Shown in pieces: positions 40,858-51,509 of a stretch of 64,000 bases of DNA. Position 1 is the stretch's first letter; every line of letters starts with the position of its first letter. The position numbers and the translations under genes were made by a program. The notes below the pieces were generated by a model. It was not told where the DNA came from and did no database searches. It was given only the letters and a program-made list of their open reading frames with translations. This stretch comes from an uncultured Phycisphaerales bacterium (lineage in GTDB: Bacteria; Planctomycetota; Phycisphaerae; Sedimentisphaerales; Anaerobacaceae), in contig CAVYYI010000002.1 of assembly GCA_963772725.1 (NCBI GenBank), positions 224,001-288,000 on the forward strand. Direction: 5' to 3'.

Positions 40858-43257
40858 ATGGCAAAATCCTCATCGAAAAAATCGCTGGTAATAGTAGAAT
40901 CGCCTGCAAAGTCGAAAACGATAAATAAGTATCTCGGCTCGGCGTTTGAAGTAATGGCGTCAATGGGTCATATACGCGACCTGCCCTCCAAAGGGCTAAA
41001 CGTTGACATTGAAAACAACTTTGCGCCAACTTATGAGATAATGCCAGGCAAGAAGCGTGTGGTAACAAGTCTCAAGGCTGCGGCGAAAAATTGTGACAGG
41101 CTTTTTTTGGCGACTGACCTTGACCGGGAGGGCGAGGCAATCGCGTGGCATCTCGCCGAGATACTGGGCGTGCCTGAAGAAAAAATTTATCGCGTGATTT
41201 TCAACGCAATAACAAAACAGGCAATAGAGAAGGCATTTTCTGAGCCGGGCAAACTCGATATTGACAAGGTTTACGCTCAGCAGGCCAGACGAATCCTCGA
41301 CAGAATTGTAGGCTACCAGATAAGCCCGCTATTGTGGAAGAAAGTTACCAAGGGCTTGTCCGCGGGCAGAGTGCAATCTGTAACAGTAAAATTAGTAGTA
41401 GAACGTGAAAGAGAAATACGCAATTTCAAGCCCGTTGAATACTGGTTGGTACCGGGGGTATTCACAACCGACGTGCAAGCCAATTATATTCAACAGTGGG
41501 CTGGCTTTATGGTTTGCAAGAACAGCAACGAAGGCGGACCTACAATTTCTGAACAGAATAAATGGCTGTCGGAGCATAACAGCTTCAAAGCGGAACTAAG
41601 TAAAATCGGAGATGAGAAATTCGAGGCGTCGAACAAGGAACAGGCCGAGCGAGTCTATAACGCGTTAAATGGCGCGGAATTTAAGATAGCCGGCCTTGAA
41701 ACAAAAGAATCATCGTCGCGCCCTCTGCCGCCGTTTATAACGTCCACATTGCAGCAGGCCGCCGCGAACCGGCTGGGATTTTCAACAAAGAGAACGATGA
41801 AAATCGCTCAGGAATTGTATGAAGGTGTGGACCTTGGGTCGATGGGTTCCCTGGGCTTGATTACCTATATGAGAACTGACAGCACGCATCTTTCTTCGGA
41901 GGCGTTAACAGAGGCACGCAGTTACATCGAGAAAAATTTCGGAGGGCAGTATCTCCCTGAAAGCGCCAATTTTTACGCATCGAAGCAGCATGCTCAGGAG
42001 GCTCACGAGGCGATTCGCGTTACAGACCCTGACCTGACGCCGGCGGATATAAAATCGTTTTTGAGCGATGAACAGTATAAGCTTTACGATTTGATATGGC
42101 GGCGATTCATAGCGTGCCAGATGTCCGCGGCAAGATGGAATGTTACGAATGTTAATATATCAGCAGAGACAACAATCGGGCGATGCTGGTATCGAACAAG
42201 CGGCAGAGCGATGATATTCGACGGCTTTACGAAGGTTTGGTTCACATCTTCAGAACAACAGGAGCTGCCTTCGATGAAAGTCGGACAACCTCTGGGAGTT
42301 GTGGATATGCACGCGGAGCAGCATTTTACCAAGCCCCCTGCTCGATACAACGAGGCATCGCTTGTAAAGGCACTGGAAAAAGAAGGCATCGGGCGACCAA
42401 GCACTTACGCTTCGATAATAAGCACGATACAGGACCGCGGTTATGTCGAGCAAAGAGATAAAAAGTTATACGCCACCGACTTAGGGGAGATAGTAACCGA
42501 TAAGCTCAATGAGTATTTTCCAAGGGTAATGGATGTCGCATTTACGCGTCACATGGAAGAGCAGCTCGATAAAATTGAGGAGCAGCATCTCGACTGGATA
42601 AAAGTTCTGGAGGAATTTTACGGACCGTTCAAAGAAAACCTTGATAAGGCATCTGAAGAGATGAAGCACGCCAAAGCGGAGCTGACACCGAGCGAGTATA
42701 AGTGTCCGAAATGCGGCAAGAGTTTGGTTTACAGGTTTGGCAAAAACGGGAAATTTTTAAGCTGTTCGGGTTACCCGGAGTGCAAATTCGCCAGTCCGTG
42801 CGATAAGGAAGGGAAAATAAGCCAGGACAAAGTAAGTGAACATAAATGTCCCAATTGCGGCAAGCCTATGCTTGAAAAAAGGGGCAGGTTCGGCACATTT
42901 TTGGGCTGTTCAGATTACCCGAATTGTAAAACGATAGTTCGCATAGATAAGCAAGGGAACATAATGCCGCCTAAGCCCCCTGCCGAACCAACAGGTATAA
43001 AATGCTACAAATGCAAAAGCGGAGAACTGGTAATTCGCCAAAGCAAAAAGGGGCCGTTCCTTGGCTGCAATAAATTTCCGCGATGCAGAACAATAGTCAA
43101 TATAAGCAACATTGACAAATTAAAACAACTTCAGTCAGAAGGCAAATGGCCCGCCAAAAATGAAGATGAAGTCAACACAATCCTGGGGAAAAGTGATAAA
43201 GCCAAAGGTACGGGGCGGGTTTCCAAAAAAAAGAATGAAAAGATAAACGAGCGTTAA
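40858..43257 (+). CDS. topA: DNA topoisomerase I with C-terminal zinc ribbons
   Basis: LVIVESPAK, ATDLDREGE, SAGRVQS, ITYMRTDS, GIGRPSTY, three C4 ribbons. Confidence 0.97.
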   Translation: MAKSSSKKSLVIVESPAKSKTINKYLGSAFEVMASMGHIRDLPSKGLNVDIENNFAPTYEIMPGKKRVVTSLKAAAKNCDRLFLATDLDREGEAIAWHLAEILGVPEEKIYRVIFNAITKQAIEKAFSEPGKLDIDKVYAQQARRILDRIVGYQISPLLWKKVTKGLSAGRVQSVTVKLVVEREREIRNFKPVEYWLVPGVFTTDVQANYIQQWAGFMVCKNSNEGGPTISEQNKWLSEHNSFKAELSKIGDEKFEASNKEQAERVYNALNGAEFKIAGLETKESSSRPLPPFITSTLQQAAANRLGFSTKRTMKIAQELYEGVDLGSMGSLGLITYMRTDSTHLSSEALTEARSYIEKNFGGQYLPESANFYASKQHAQEAHEAIRVTDPDLTPADIKSFLSDEQYKLYDLIWRRFIACQMSAARWNVTNVNISAETTIGRCWYRTSGRAMIFDGFTKVWFTSSEQQELPSMKVGQPLGVVDMHAEQHFTKPPARYNEASLVKALEKEGIGRPSTYASIISTIQDRGYVEQRDKKLYATDLGEIVTDKLNEYFPRVMDVAFTRHMEEQLDKIEEQHLDWIKVLEEFYGPFKENLDKASEEMKHAKAELTPSEYKCPKCGKSLVYRFGKNGKFLSCSGYPECKFASPCDKEGKISQDKVSEHKCPNCGKPMLEKRGRFGTFLGCSDYPNCKTIVRIDKQGNIMPPKPPAEPTGIKCYKCKSGELVIRQSKKGPFLGCNKFPRCRTIVNISNIDKLKQLQSEGKWPAKNEDEVNTILGKSDKAKGTGRVSKKKNEKINER

Positions 43258-43262
43258 AAATC

Positions 43263-43298
43263 GAAAAGCTGGAAGGCGGGGCAGCCATCCAGCTTTTC
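43263..43298. terminator. Bidirectional terminator between topA and the PEP-CTERM genes
   Basis: GAAAAGCTGGA ... TCCAGCTTTTC inverted repeat. Confidence 0.75.
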
Positions 43299-43400
43299 TA
43301 TGAGTTTTGCCATAAATACATTATGGCTCTGGGGAGGATAATTTCAAATTTTACAAGTTACAAACCATCTTTCGGTATATCCCATGAAATATTACAATAA

Positions 43401-43980
43401 TTACTTTTTGTCTCTGCCCCGAGCGGCAATGAAACCACCCAGAATCAAAATGAGCGCAGTAGCCGGCTCCGGAACAGGGACAGGAAAATCATCGTCTGTA
43501 GGGATTTCGGGAATATTTTGTCCCCCGCCGCCGCTACCACTATCACCACCACCGCCGCCACCCAAAGCTCCCCCGCCGGCATAACCAGGACTTGGAATCA
43601 GACCACCACTTGGCTGGCTGGTTATCAAATCTGACGCTTCAAGGTAGTCATATTGCACCCGCGAATACCGCTATTATAATCTTAGGATTGTCCGCATAAG
43701 CGGTCGTATTATTGGCCGTCGGGTCCGCCACGTCGCCGAGCCAGTAAACAAACTGATAGCCTGGTTTTGGAACAGCGGTCAAGGCAATCTGGCTATTAGT
43801 CCCAATTTCGTGAACTCCTATACCCGGAGTAACCGAGCCGCCATTAGCTGGTGTTTGCTGAACTAAAACAGCGATATTACCCGCTGTGCAATAATTTGTG
43901 ACAGATAATCCTATGACAAGAATAGCCGCCGCAAAAATCAGGCTTTGCCGTTCGACAAATAATCCCTTTTTACTTTTCAC
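43401..43980 (-). CDS. PEP-CTERM protein with InlB B-repeat-like domain and Gly-rich linker (frameshift near 43660)
   Basis: LTAVPKPGYQFVYWLGD in 43648-44001. VPEPAT + TM + basic tail in 43401-43658. Confidence 0.8.
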
Positions 43981-44139
43981 CGCATTACCCTCCAGGTACA
44001 ATTACCCATTAAAACTCATATTTTTCATACCCCTGTGTTACTACCAAGCAATAATATCAGTAACACAAACCATCTTAATTTACTCTTAACAGACCACATC
44101 TTCGGCGTATTGCCCCATACGTCGAATGAGCAATAAGTA

Positions 44140-44862
44140 TTATTTCTTCTGTTGAGTCAGAGTTTCACTTTTTGCACTTGGTACTGTGTTTGAGTTTTCT
44201 ACCCCGTTAGATGGACTGGTATTGGCAGAATAATCCCGAGATTTTCTGCGCCGAAATAACAAAACCGAACTTCCCAAGCCCATCAGCGCCATAGTAGCAG
44301 GCTCAGGATTAGGTACAGGTGCTTCATCATCAGGGGTTTTTTCCAATGTATAGGCGCCTACAACCCAATCATAATCGCTTCTCAGCAGCAAGAACCACGA
44401 AGAGCCTTCGGCAATTAATGCGCCATTCTCAAATTCCCATACCGCCCTTGTAGATGAGGGATTAAGATAGTTATCTTTCGGGCTTACGGACGAGCCGGTG
44501 CCGTCGTCATGCGCACCAATATTCGCACCGGAAGCAACCGCCTCGTTGTTAAGACCGAATATCGCAAAATACTCAACCGGATTAGTGCTTATATTATCTG
44601 AGAATATCTGATAAGCATAAACAAACCTGCCCGTACCAGGAGCATCAAAGCCGTCTGTACCAACAAATTCATCGGGATTTGCAACGGTATCATAAACAGC
44701 AAAATCAATTCGTCCGCTTATATTACCCGCAGCTGTCGGAACAGAATAATGCGAAACACCCTGATAATGGGAGCTATACGGCAAAAGCTCCGTTGTCGTC
44801 GCGGTCGCGTCGTTTATCATAAAAGCAGCGGCAATCAACACACTCAGCAATATCATCCTCAT
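44140..44862 (-). CDS. PEP-CTERM sorting domain protein
   Basis: Signal peptide and NPEPATMALMGLGSSVLLFRRRK. Confidence 0.9.
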   Translation of the reverse strand: MRMILLSVLIAAAFMINDATATTTELLPYSSHYQGVSHYSVPTAAGNISGRIDFAVYDTVANPDEFVGTDGFDAPGTGRFVYAYQIFSDNISTNPVEYFAIFGLNNEAVASGANIGAHDDGTGSSVSPKDNYLNPSSTRAVWEFENGALIAEGSSWFLLLRSDYDWVVGAYTLEKTPDDEAPVPNPEPATMALMGLGSSVLLFRRRKSRDYSANTSPSNGVENSNTVPSAKSETLTQQKK

Positions 44863-44956
44863 TTTCCAACCACCTTTCAAAAAGCTAAAAACATTCCATT
44901 TCAAGTCTTTTAGCTAAAGACAAGTTTTCTTTCATCACCCTTAAAAAATATATTTT

Positions 44957-45556
44957 TCAGACCTTTTTTCGTCTGCGAATCAGCGCAGCCAGGCCTCCTG
45001 CCGCAAGCAGTGAAATTGTTGCAGGCTCCGGCACCGGTGTAAGTAATCCACTTAAGTGAGTCGGACCAGTGCTCGCAGTCACACCCGCATAATTCGGAAT
45101 TCCAATGGAATCAAAACCAAACAATCCGCCACTACCGTAAGTGTAGCTGTAATTACTTGCAAACCACAGAACCGCAGAGCTCGCGTTATACGCAATAGGA
45201 CTGGTGAACGACCCGTTTGCGCTAATCATAGTATTAACAACGCCCCAGTAAGCGGAATTCACTCCGCCGCCGGCATCACTTAAAGAATCGACATTAGCTC
45301 CGCTTTTCAACTCAACAGAAAAGAAACTGATTCCAATAGTTGAGTGATTATTTATTTGATAGGTGTACACATACCTGCCGGCAAAATCACCGGAAGCGTA
45401 TCCATAAACATTACACACAACATCAGCAGTTCCACTTGCACCAAGGTTAAAAGTTTCAGTATGGGCAGCCTGAAGCGTCCCGCCAACCGGTACAGGAGTC
45501 GCAACAGCACTACCAACAAGAATTGTCATAATCAGCAAACCCACTAATCTCCGCAT
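44957..45556 (-). CDS. PEP-CTERM sorting domain protein
   Basis: AAGGAG RBS, signal peptide, VPEPATISLLAAGGLAALIRRRKKV. Confidence 0.92.
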   Translation of the reverse strand: MRRLVGLLIMTILVGSAVATPVPVGGTLQAAHTETFNLGASGTADVVCNVYGYASGDFAGRYVYTYQINNHSTIGISFFSVELKSGANVDSLSDAGGGVNSAYWGVVNTMISANGSFTSPIAYNASSAVLWFASNYSYTYGSGGLFGFDSIGIPNYAGVTASTGPTHLSGLLTPVPEPATISLLAAGGLAALIRRRKKV

Positions 45557-45655
45557 TTTGTATCTCCTTAAAATAAATCCTTTCCACGTAATTCCTTTAC
45601 AGTTCGCATTAATTACTCTTAGCCCCAAAACTCAATTTCATTACTGTTTTTGTGT

Positions 45656-45748
45656 TTAACAGCCGCCCTGCTCAGTTACACATGCCATAACAAAAGACAG
45701 AGCCGCAGTTAACAACACAAAAAGAATATTTTTTGCCCTGTTAATCAT
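45656..45748 (-). CDS. Candidate 30-aa signal-peptide-like small protein
   Basis: MINRAKNILFVLLTAALSFVMACVTEQGGC: basic n-region, hydrophobic h-region, two Cys. Confidence 0.35.
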   Translation of the reverse strand: MINRAKNILFVLLTAALSFVMACVTEQGGC

Positions 45749-45898
45749 AAACCTTAATGCCTTCATTTAATGACCCATAAGCACGCTCAAGCCCACTGCC
45801 ATGCGCAGACCATCACCGCAATATTATTATTTGAGTTTCCTGCTTAATGAGTCTTCCTCCGCCCCTATCAAACAACGGCGGCATCACTGCCTTTAGAT

Positions 45899-45947
45899 TG
45901 TTTCTGCACATCCCGCACTTTTCCCGAATGCGAAACATGCAGAAACA
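45899..45947 (-). other. 21-bp RNA hairpin that pairs fully only on the minus strand
   Basis: 16 Watson-Crick plus 5 G-U pairs with a 7-nt loop. Confidence 0.55.
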
Positions 45948-46095
45948 CTATCTCTGAGCTTTCTTTACCCCAAGCAATTAATTCATCACACATCCAGCAA
46001 AAAGTTACAAAAGAAGCAAAAAGCCTTGTCGAAAAATAAACAGATCTAAACTTCCTACTGTGAGTTTTCTTTTCAGCCCCCAAGCTGATATGCGT

Positions 46096-46124
46096 ATTAA
46101 ACCATATTTATATTCAAATGTCAA
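46096..46124 (-). promoter_or_regulatory. sigma70-type promoter facing the PEP-CTERM cluster
   Basis: TTGACA, 17-bp spacer ending in TGn, TTTAAT on the minus strand. Confidence 0.6.
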
Positions 46125-46356
46125 GTGCTTTTTTAAGATTTTTAAAAAAAATTTCGCGATGCAAAATTACAAATCCCGCCGCATTAAAAAAAACACGGCA
46201 AAACACCGTTAAAAAGCACTTATCATCCTATATTATAGGGCGATAAATATATTGAGTTTTTTCAAAAAACAGCCTATTAAGAACAATCTATGCCCTAATT
46301 ATTCTATAATTTTCGGCAAAATTTCACTTTGCGAATTGCTCTATCCGATACGAGTA

Positions 46357-47579
46357 TTATGGTTTTCTGGCTATTTTTCTTATAGGTCTATCCTGAACAA
46401 AACGGCTTATATTCCTGATAGCCTGCTTAAGCCTCAGTTCATTCTCGACAAGCGCTACTCGGACATACCCTTCGCCGTTTTCGCCAAAAGCCCTTCCCGG
46501 AGAGAGGGAAACTTCGGCATATTCCATCAAATCCATAGCATATTCAATAGTTCCTTTGCCTTTGAGATGCTCTTTTGGTATTTTTGCCCAGACAAACATT
46601 GATGCGCGTGGTTTTTCGACTTCCCAGCCGATTTTCGCAAGGCCTTTGCAGAGTACATCGCGTCTGGCCTGATAAATCTTATTTTGAGCAATCATATCAG
46701 CTTCACAATGGCGAAGGGCTATTATGCTGGCAATTTGAACCGCCTGGAAGATACCGTAATCATAATAACCTTTAACCGTAGCGAGGTATTCAATCATTTT
46801 TTTATTTCCAGCGGCAAATCCGACCCTGAAACCTGCCATATTATAGGGCTTGCTCATAGTAATAAATTCAACGCCGACATCTTTACGCGCCTTTGACGGA
46901 GAGAAAACTTGGCGCCTCATAACCGTCAAAGCAGGTTTCTCCGTAAGCAAAATCATGTATAATGGCGATACCAAAACGCTTTGCCAGCTCGACCACCGGC
47001 TCAAAAAAACCGCTATCGACAGTCATCGCGGTTGGATTGTGCGGGTAATTAAGGATGAGCAATTTGGGCTTTGGGAAAATATGTTCGCAAACGTTTGCGA
47101 TAGTTTTAAGAAACTTCTCGTCATTTCCGAGAGGAACTGTTATTACGTTTGCTGCCGGCCAAAACAACCCCATAATTATGGATTGGAAAGGCCGGGTCGG
47201 GAACAATAGCCGTATCGCCTGGGCCAAGCATAGCCAGACATATATGACTGAAGCCCTCTTTTGAGCCGAGACAAGCCAGCACCTCGGTATTGGGATCCAG
47301 TTCGACATTCCATTTGCGTGCGTATTTTTTAGCTACTTCTTTACGAAGATTAAGAATGCCCTTGGAGGCGCTATAACGATGGTTTCTGGGGTCTCTGGCA
47401 GCTTCGCAAAGTTTATCTACCACAATTTTCGGGGCAGGGTCGGTAGGATTGCCCATCGCCAAATCGATAATATCGGCACCAGCCTGACGTTTTGCCAATT
47501 TTAGAGCATTTAACCTTGCAAAAAGGTACGGCGGCAGCCGGGTAATTCTTTGAGCCGGTTCTATTTGAAAATCTGTCAT
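46357..47579 (-). CDS. PLP-dependent class I/II aminotransferase (AlaC / LL-DAP aminotransferase-like; two frameshifts)
   Basis: [41 protein letters not shown]. Confidence 0.88.
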
Positions 47580-47912
47580 TTCGTATATCCTGTAAAATTA
47601 TATTAAATCCTTTTTATACAATCGGACAGTTTACACCGATTTGATGAATTTTCAAATCATTTTATTTATGAAAACATTTGACAGGGTTGTACGCGTGGAC
47701 AAGGAATTTTTGAATAGAATTCTAATCTTTAACGAAGGTACATTATAAAGATAACCCTTAGGAGAGTATCTAATCAAGATTAAGGAATTTCCCTATTTGT
47801 TTTACCTTCAGTTGAAATTAGGATAGATAACATCAATGAAGTTAATTCATTGTTTTATATAAAAGTTTTGGTTTTACAGAAATGTTGGTATTCAAGTAAA
47901 AGGAGAAAATGT

Positions 47913-50166
47913 ATGAAGAATGATAATTTAAGAGCAGTGTTATTTGTCGCGTTAGTGCTTATCGGCATCACAGTACAAACACAGGCGGTGCAGACCCCAT
48001 TGGCTGGCAATGCGATTCCACAATTTGTGGATCCGCTGCCAACGCTCAGCTTGGCGGGAGGCCCTATTGATACCATTGTCGCTGGCGGCGGCGAAATAGA
48101 ACTACACATGCGCGAGTTCAAGGCCAACGTAATGCCGTCCACTTTTGTCCCTGCGACGGGACCGGGTACATATATGGGAACCTGGGTCTTTGGGTACATC
48201 AACGGGCCGACGCCCCCCGCAACTACTCGCGGTACCTACACCGGCCCTGTTATCGTGGCAACTCGCAATGTCCCAACGCAAATCAGATTCGTCAACGATT
48301 TGGGCAATACCGCCACGACTAACGTATCACTGTGGAAAGAAACAATCGATGGTGCTACCGACCAGACGCTTCACTGGGCTGACCCGCTAAATGGAGAAGA
48401 GAACATGTGTAATCACATGATAATGCCGATGATGCTCCCGACGATGGGCTGCGACCAGCACTACGCCGGGCCAATTCCCGCAGTTCCGCATCTGCACGGC
48501 GGATATGTACCTCCGACACTTGATGGCGGCCCGGACGCATGGTTTACCAGTGATGGTGTTTATCACGGCCATGGGTACTATACCCATCCTAACGTGCCGG
48601 CTGATGGCAATGAGTGCGTCTATCGTTATCCCAACTTCCAGGAGGCTGCACCTGTATGGTTTCACGATCACCTCCTTGGCGGCACACGAATCAATGTTTA
48701 CTGCGGGCTGGCGGGCGGCTATGTCATCGTAGACCCAAACCTGACATTGCCTGCAGGGCTTACATCTGTGGGATTGGGTACTGATCTGCTCATCCCGCTG
48801 GTAATCCAGGACCGCATGTTCGACATCAATGGTCAGCTCTTCTTCCCGAATATCGGCATCAATCCCGAGCATCCGTACTGGATTCCGGAGTTCTTAGGCG
48901 ACACTATTTGTGTGAACGGCAAGGTATGGCCGTTCCTGAGCGTTCAGGCCAAGCGATACCGATTCTTGATCATTAACGGTTCGAACGCCCGGCCATATGA
49001 GTTGTTCCTGATAAACCAGGCAACGGGTATCATGGGCCCGCCCATTTGGCAGATCGGTACCGACGGCGGTTACCTTAATACGCCTGTCAAGATTGATCCG
49101 GCCCTTAAACAGAAGCTGGTGCTTCTGCCTGGCGAACGTGCTGATATCATCGTTGACTTTACCGGACGCCAGGGCCAGACCCTGCTTCTGCGCAACACGG
49201 CCAAAGCTCCATATCCCGGGGGAGCCCCTGTCAACGGAAACACCACGGGCAAGATCATGCAGTTCCGCGTTATACCGGCGGTGGGTGCGGATACTGGTTA
49301 CAACCCGGCTACGCTGGCGCCAATCAGGACCGGAACGCAGACAATCAAACCGCTGGTCAACTTCCCCGCCGGCACACTGGGCGCGAATGTGACGGTAGCA
49401 AATAACCGGCAAATGACGCTCAACGAGGTCATGGGGATGGCGGTCAAGGTAGGCGGGGTCAAGTATCCAGGCGGACCGCTGGAGATACTGGTCAACAATA
49501 CCAAGTGGAGCGGCGAGCAGTCAGACGGCGGCGTTACGCGCGGACTTCACGCCGATTCCACTCAATGGGATCACAACCTATTACTCCGAACTTCCGCAAG
49601 AAGGCACCACCGAGGTCTGGGAGATAATCAATCTCACTGCCGACACGCACCCGATGCATACCCACCTGGTGCAGTGCCAGCTCCTGAACCGGCAGACGTT
49701 TAATGTTAAGAACTACACCGCGGCGTATAACGGGGCGTTCCTAGGGTCGACTACCATCATCGACCCCGCCACCGGTCTGCCGTATGCGCCTGGCAAGTAC
49801 ATCCCCGGATTCGGCCCGCCTCTGGACTACAACACGGGTAATCCGAACGCTTTAGGAGGCAATCCGGATATAACGGCGTTCCTGACAGGTCTGCCAATCC
49901 CGCCGGCGACCAACGAGGCTGGCTGGAAGGACACTATGCAGTGTCCGCCTGGAATGGTCACGCGGTTTGTGGCTCGCTTTGCCCCACAGGACAAAGACAT
50001 AACTGCAACTGACTTGAATTTCCAGTTCGACCCATTTGCGCTCGGGTACGGGTACGTCTGGCACTGCCACATAGTTGACCACGAGGACAATGAGATGATG
50101 CGGCCATACGCGGTTGATCCCAACAACAGCGCAATTAGGACTTACGTTCAGGGCATAGACTATTGA
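47913..50166 (+). CDS. Secreted multicopper oxidase (CotA / bilirubin oxidase-like; one frameshift near 49536)
   Basis: Copper motifs HLHG, WFHDH, HPMHTH and HCHIVDHEDNEMM. Deleting A49536 joins the two ORFs. Confidence 0.9.
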
Positions 50167-50206
50167 GTTGATGCCATAAATCACTTTGTCAAAAGTTTGT
50201 GAAAGT

Positions 50207-50239
50207 ATAAAGGGGTCGCTCTTGGAGCGACCCCTTTAT
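50207..50239. terminator. Bidirectional terminator
   Basis: 15-bp perfect stem ATAAAGGGGTCGCTC / GAGCGACCCCTTTAT between convergent genes. Confidence 0.85.
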
Positions 50240-50289
50240 CAATAACAGGTAAATTTAATAGCCTGAATTAAATAATTTATGGGGCGGAT

Positions 50290-51483
50290 TTAATGAGAGA
50301 CTACGCTTGAAATTTTAAATACAGGCATGAGCATGGCAATGGCAATAGTTCCGATGATAGTACCGAGGGCTGTTATCATCAGCGGTTCGATGAGAGTCAT
50401 AACACTTTTAATCGAGCCTTCGAGTTTTTTTTCATAAAAAATTGAAATCTTATCACTGACATCGCCGAGTTTACCGCCCTTTTCACCGGCCTTAAACATC
50501 TGCAGGATTCCGGGAGCGATTAAGTTACGATTTGAGGAAACACGAATAGCCTCAGACAACTGAAGACCGTCGCGAATTTTTTTGTCCACTTCGGCCCAGA
50601 GACTTTTAAAGTAATAATTGTCGGTGGAGTTTTGTATTACCTCGATGGTATCGAGGATGCTTACGCCGGTATTTAGCATTGTTGACATGATTCGCATGCT
50701 GCGCGTAATCACCAAATCAATAAACATAGTTCCAACAACCGGCAGGCGTATTTTGATAAGGTCTATCACTTTTCGCCCATTTGACGACCCCATCCATGAA
50801 TATACAACCATCGCGATAACCATAAGTATTGTCATCGCAACAGTCATTGACTTTGCATCACCGAGAAACCTGCTGAGGTTAACCAAAGCCTGGGTCAGAG
50901 CAGGTAAAGCGACTTCCCTGGATTCGTAGATTTTGATAAATCTCGGTAAAACGAAAAGCATCATTACAGCGACAGCGACAACGGCCATCACCGCCATTAT
51001 TATGGGGTATGTCAAGGCGCTTTTAACTTTCTTTCGCGTTTCGTATTCGAAGTTCAGATAGCCGCTAAGAATGTTGAGCATATCTGACATTCTGCCGGAC
51101 ATTTCCGAAGCTTTGACCATGCTGACAAACATAGTGCCAAAAACTCTTGGGAAAGAGGCCAGCGCCTTTGAAAAGCTTTCACCATTTTTGACCGAGTCGG
51201 CAACATTATTGATAATTTCGGACAAAACTGAAACGCCCTGCTTTGTTGTCATGCGCGATTCGGCAATAGAGTCAAGAGCATCGCTTAGCGCGACGCCGCT
51301 ATCGAGCATAACCGACAACTGTGTGGTGAATAATATTAAATCGGCCTGCTTCACTTTAGCGGTATAAATTCCCGGATTGCTTGAAACAGGTTTAACATTG
51401 TTAGGGAAATTTGCAGTTTTTCCCCTATCAGGTTGTTTCATAGAAATATCTTTAGTAACTGTTTTTGTCGCAAATGGGGCCAT
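50290..51483 (-). CDS. T2SS/T4P inner membrane platform protein (GspF/PilC)
   Basis: FTTQLSVMLDSG, ALTYP, IEPLMI...AMLMPVF. Confidence 0.92.
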   Translation of the reverse strand: MAPFATKTVTKDISMKQPDRGKTANFPNNVKPVSSNPGIYTAKVKQADLILFTTQLSVMLDSGVALSDALDSIAESRMTTKQGVSVLSEIINNVADSVKNGESFSKALASFPRVFGTMFVSMVKASEMSGRMSDMLNILSGYLNFEYETRKKVKSALTYPIIMAVMAVVAVAVMMLFVLPRFIKIYESREVALPALTQALVNLSRFLGDAKSMTVAMTILMVIAMVVYSWMGSSNGRKVIDLIKIRLPVVGTMFIDLVITRSMRIMSTMLNTGVSILDTIEVIQNSTDNYYFKSLWAEVDKKIRDGLQLSEAIRVSSNRNLIAPGILQMFKAGEKGGKLGDVSDKISIFYEKKLEGSIKSVMTLIEPLMITALGTIIGTIAIAMLMPVFKISSVVSH

Positions 51484-51509
51484 TTATACACCTCTATATT
51501 TGTCCAAGG

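Noticed and set aside
45600..46090. c-di-GMP riboswitch in the PEP-CTERM leader
   Set aside because: The class I consensus elements (GGCAAAC...GAAA...GACGCAAAG) could not be found in the right arrangement by eye.
47749..47771. AGATA-N13-TATCT upstream of the multicopper oxidase as a CsoR-type copper operator
   Set aside because: Only a loose resemblance to C-tract/G-tract operators, too weak in AT-rich DNA.
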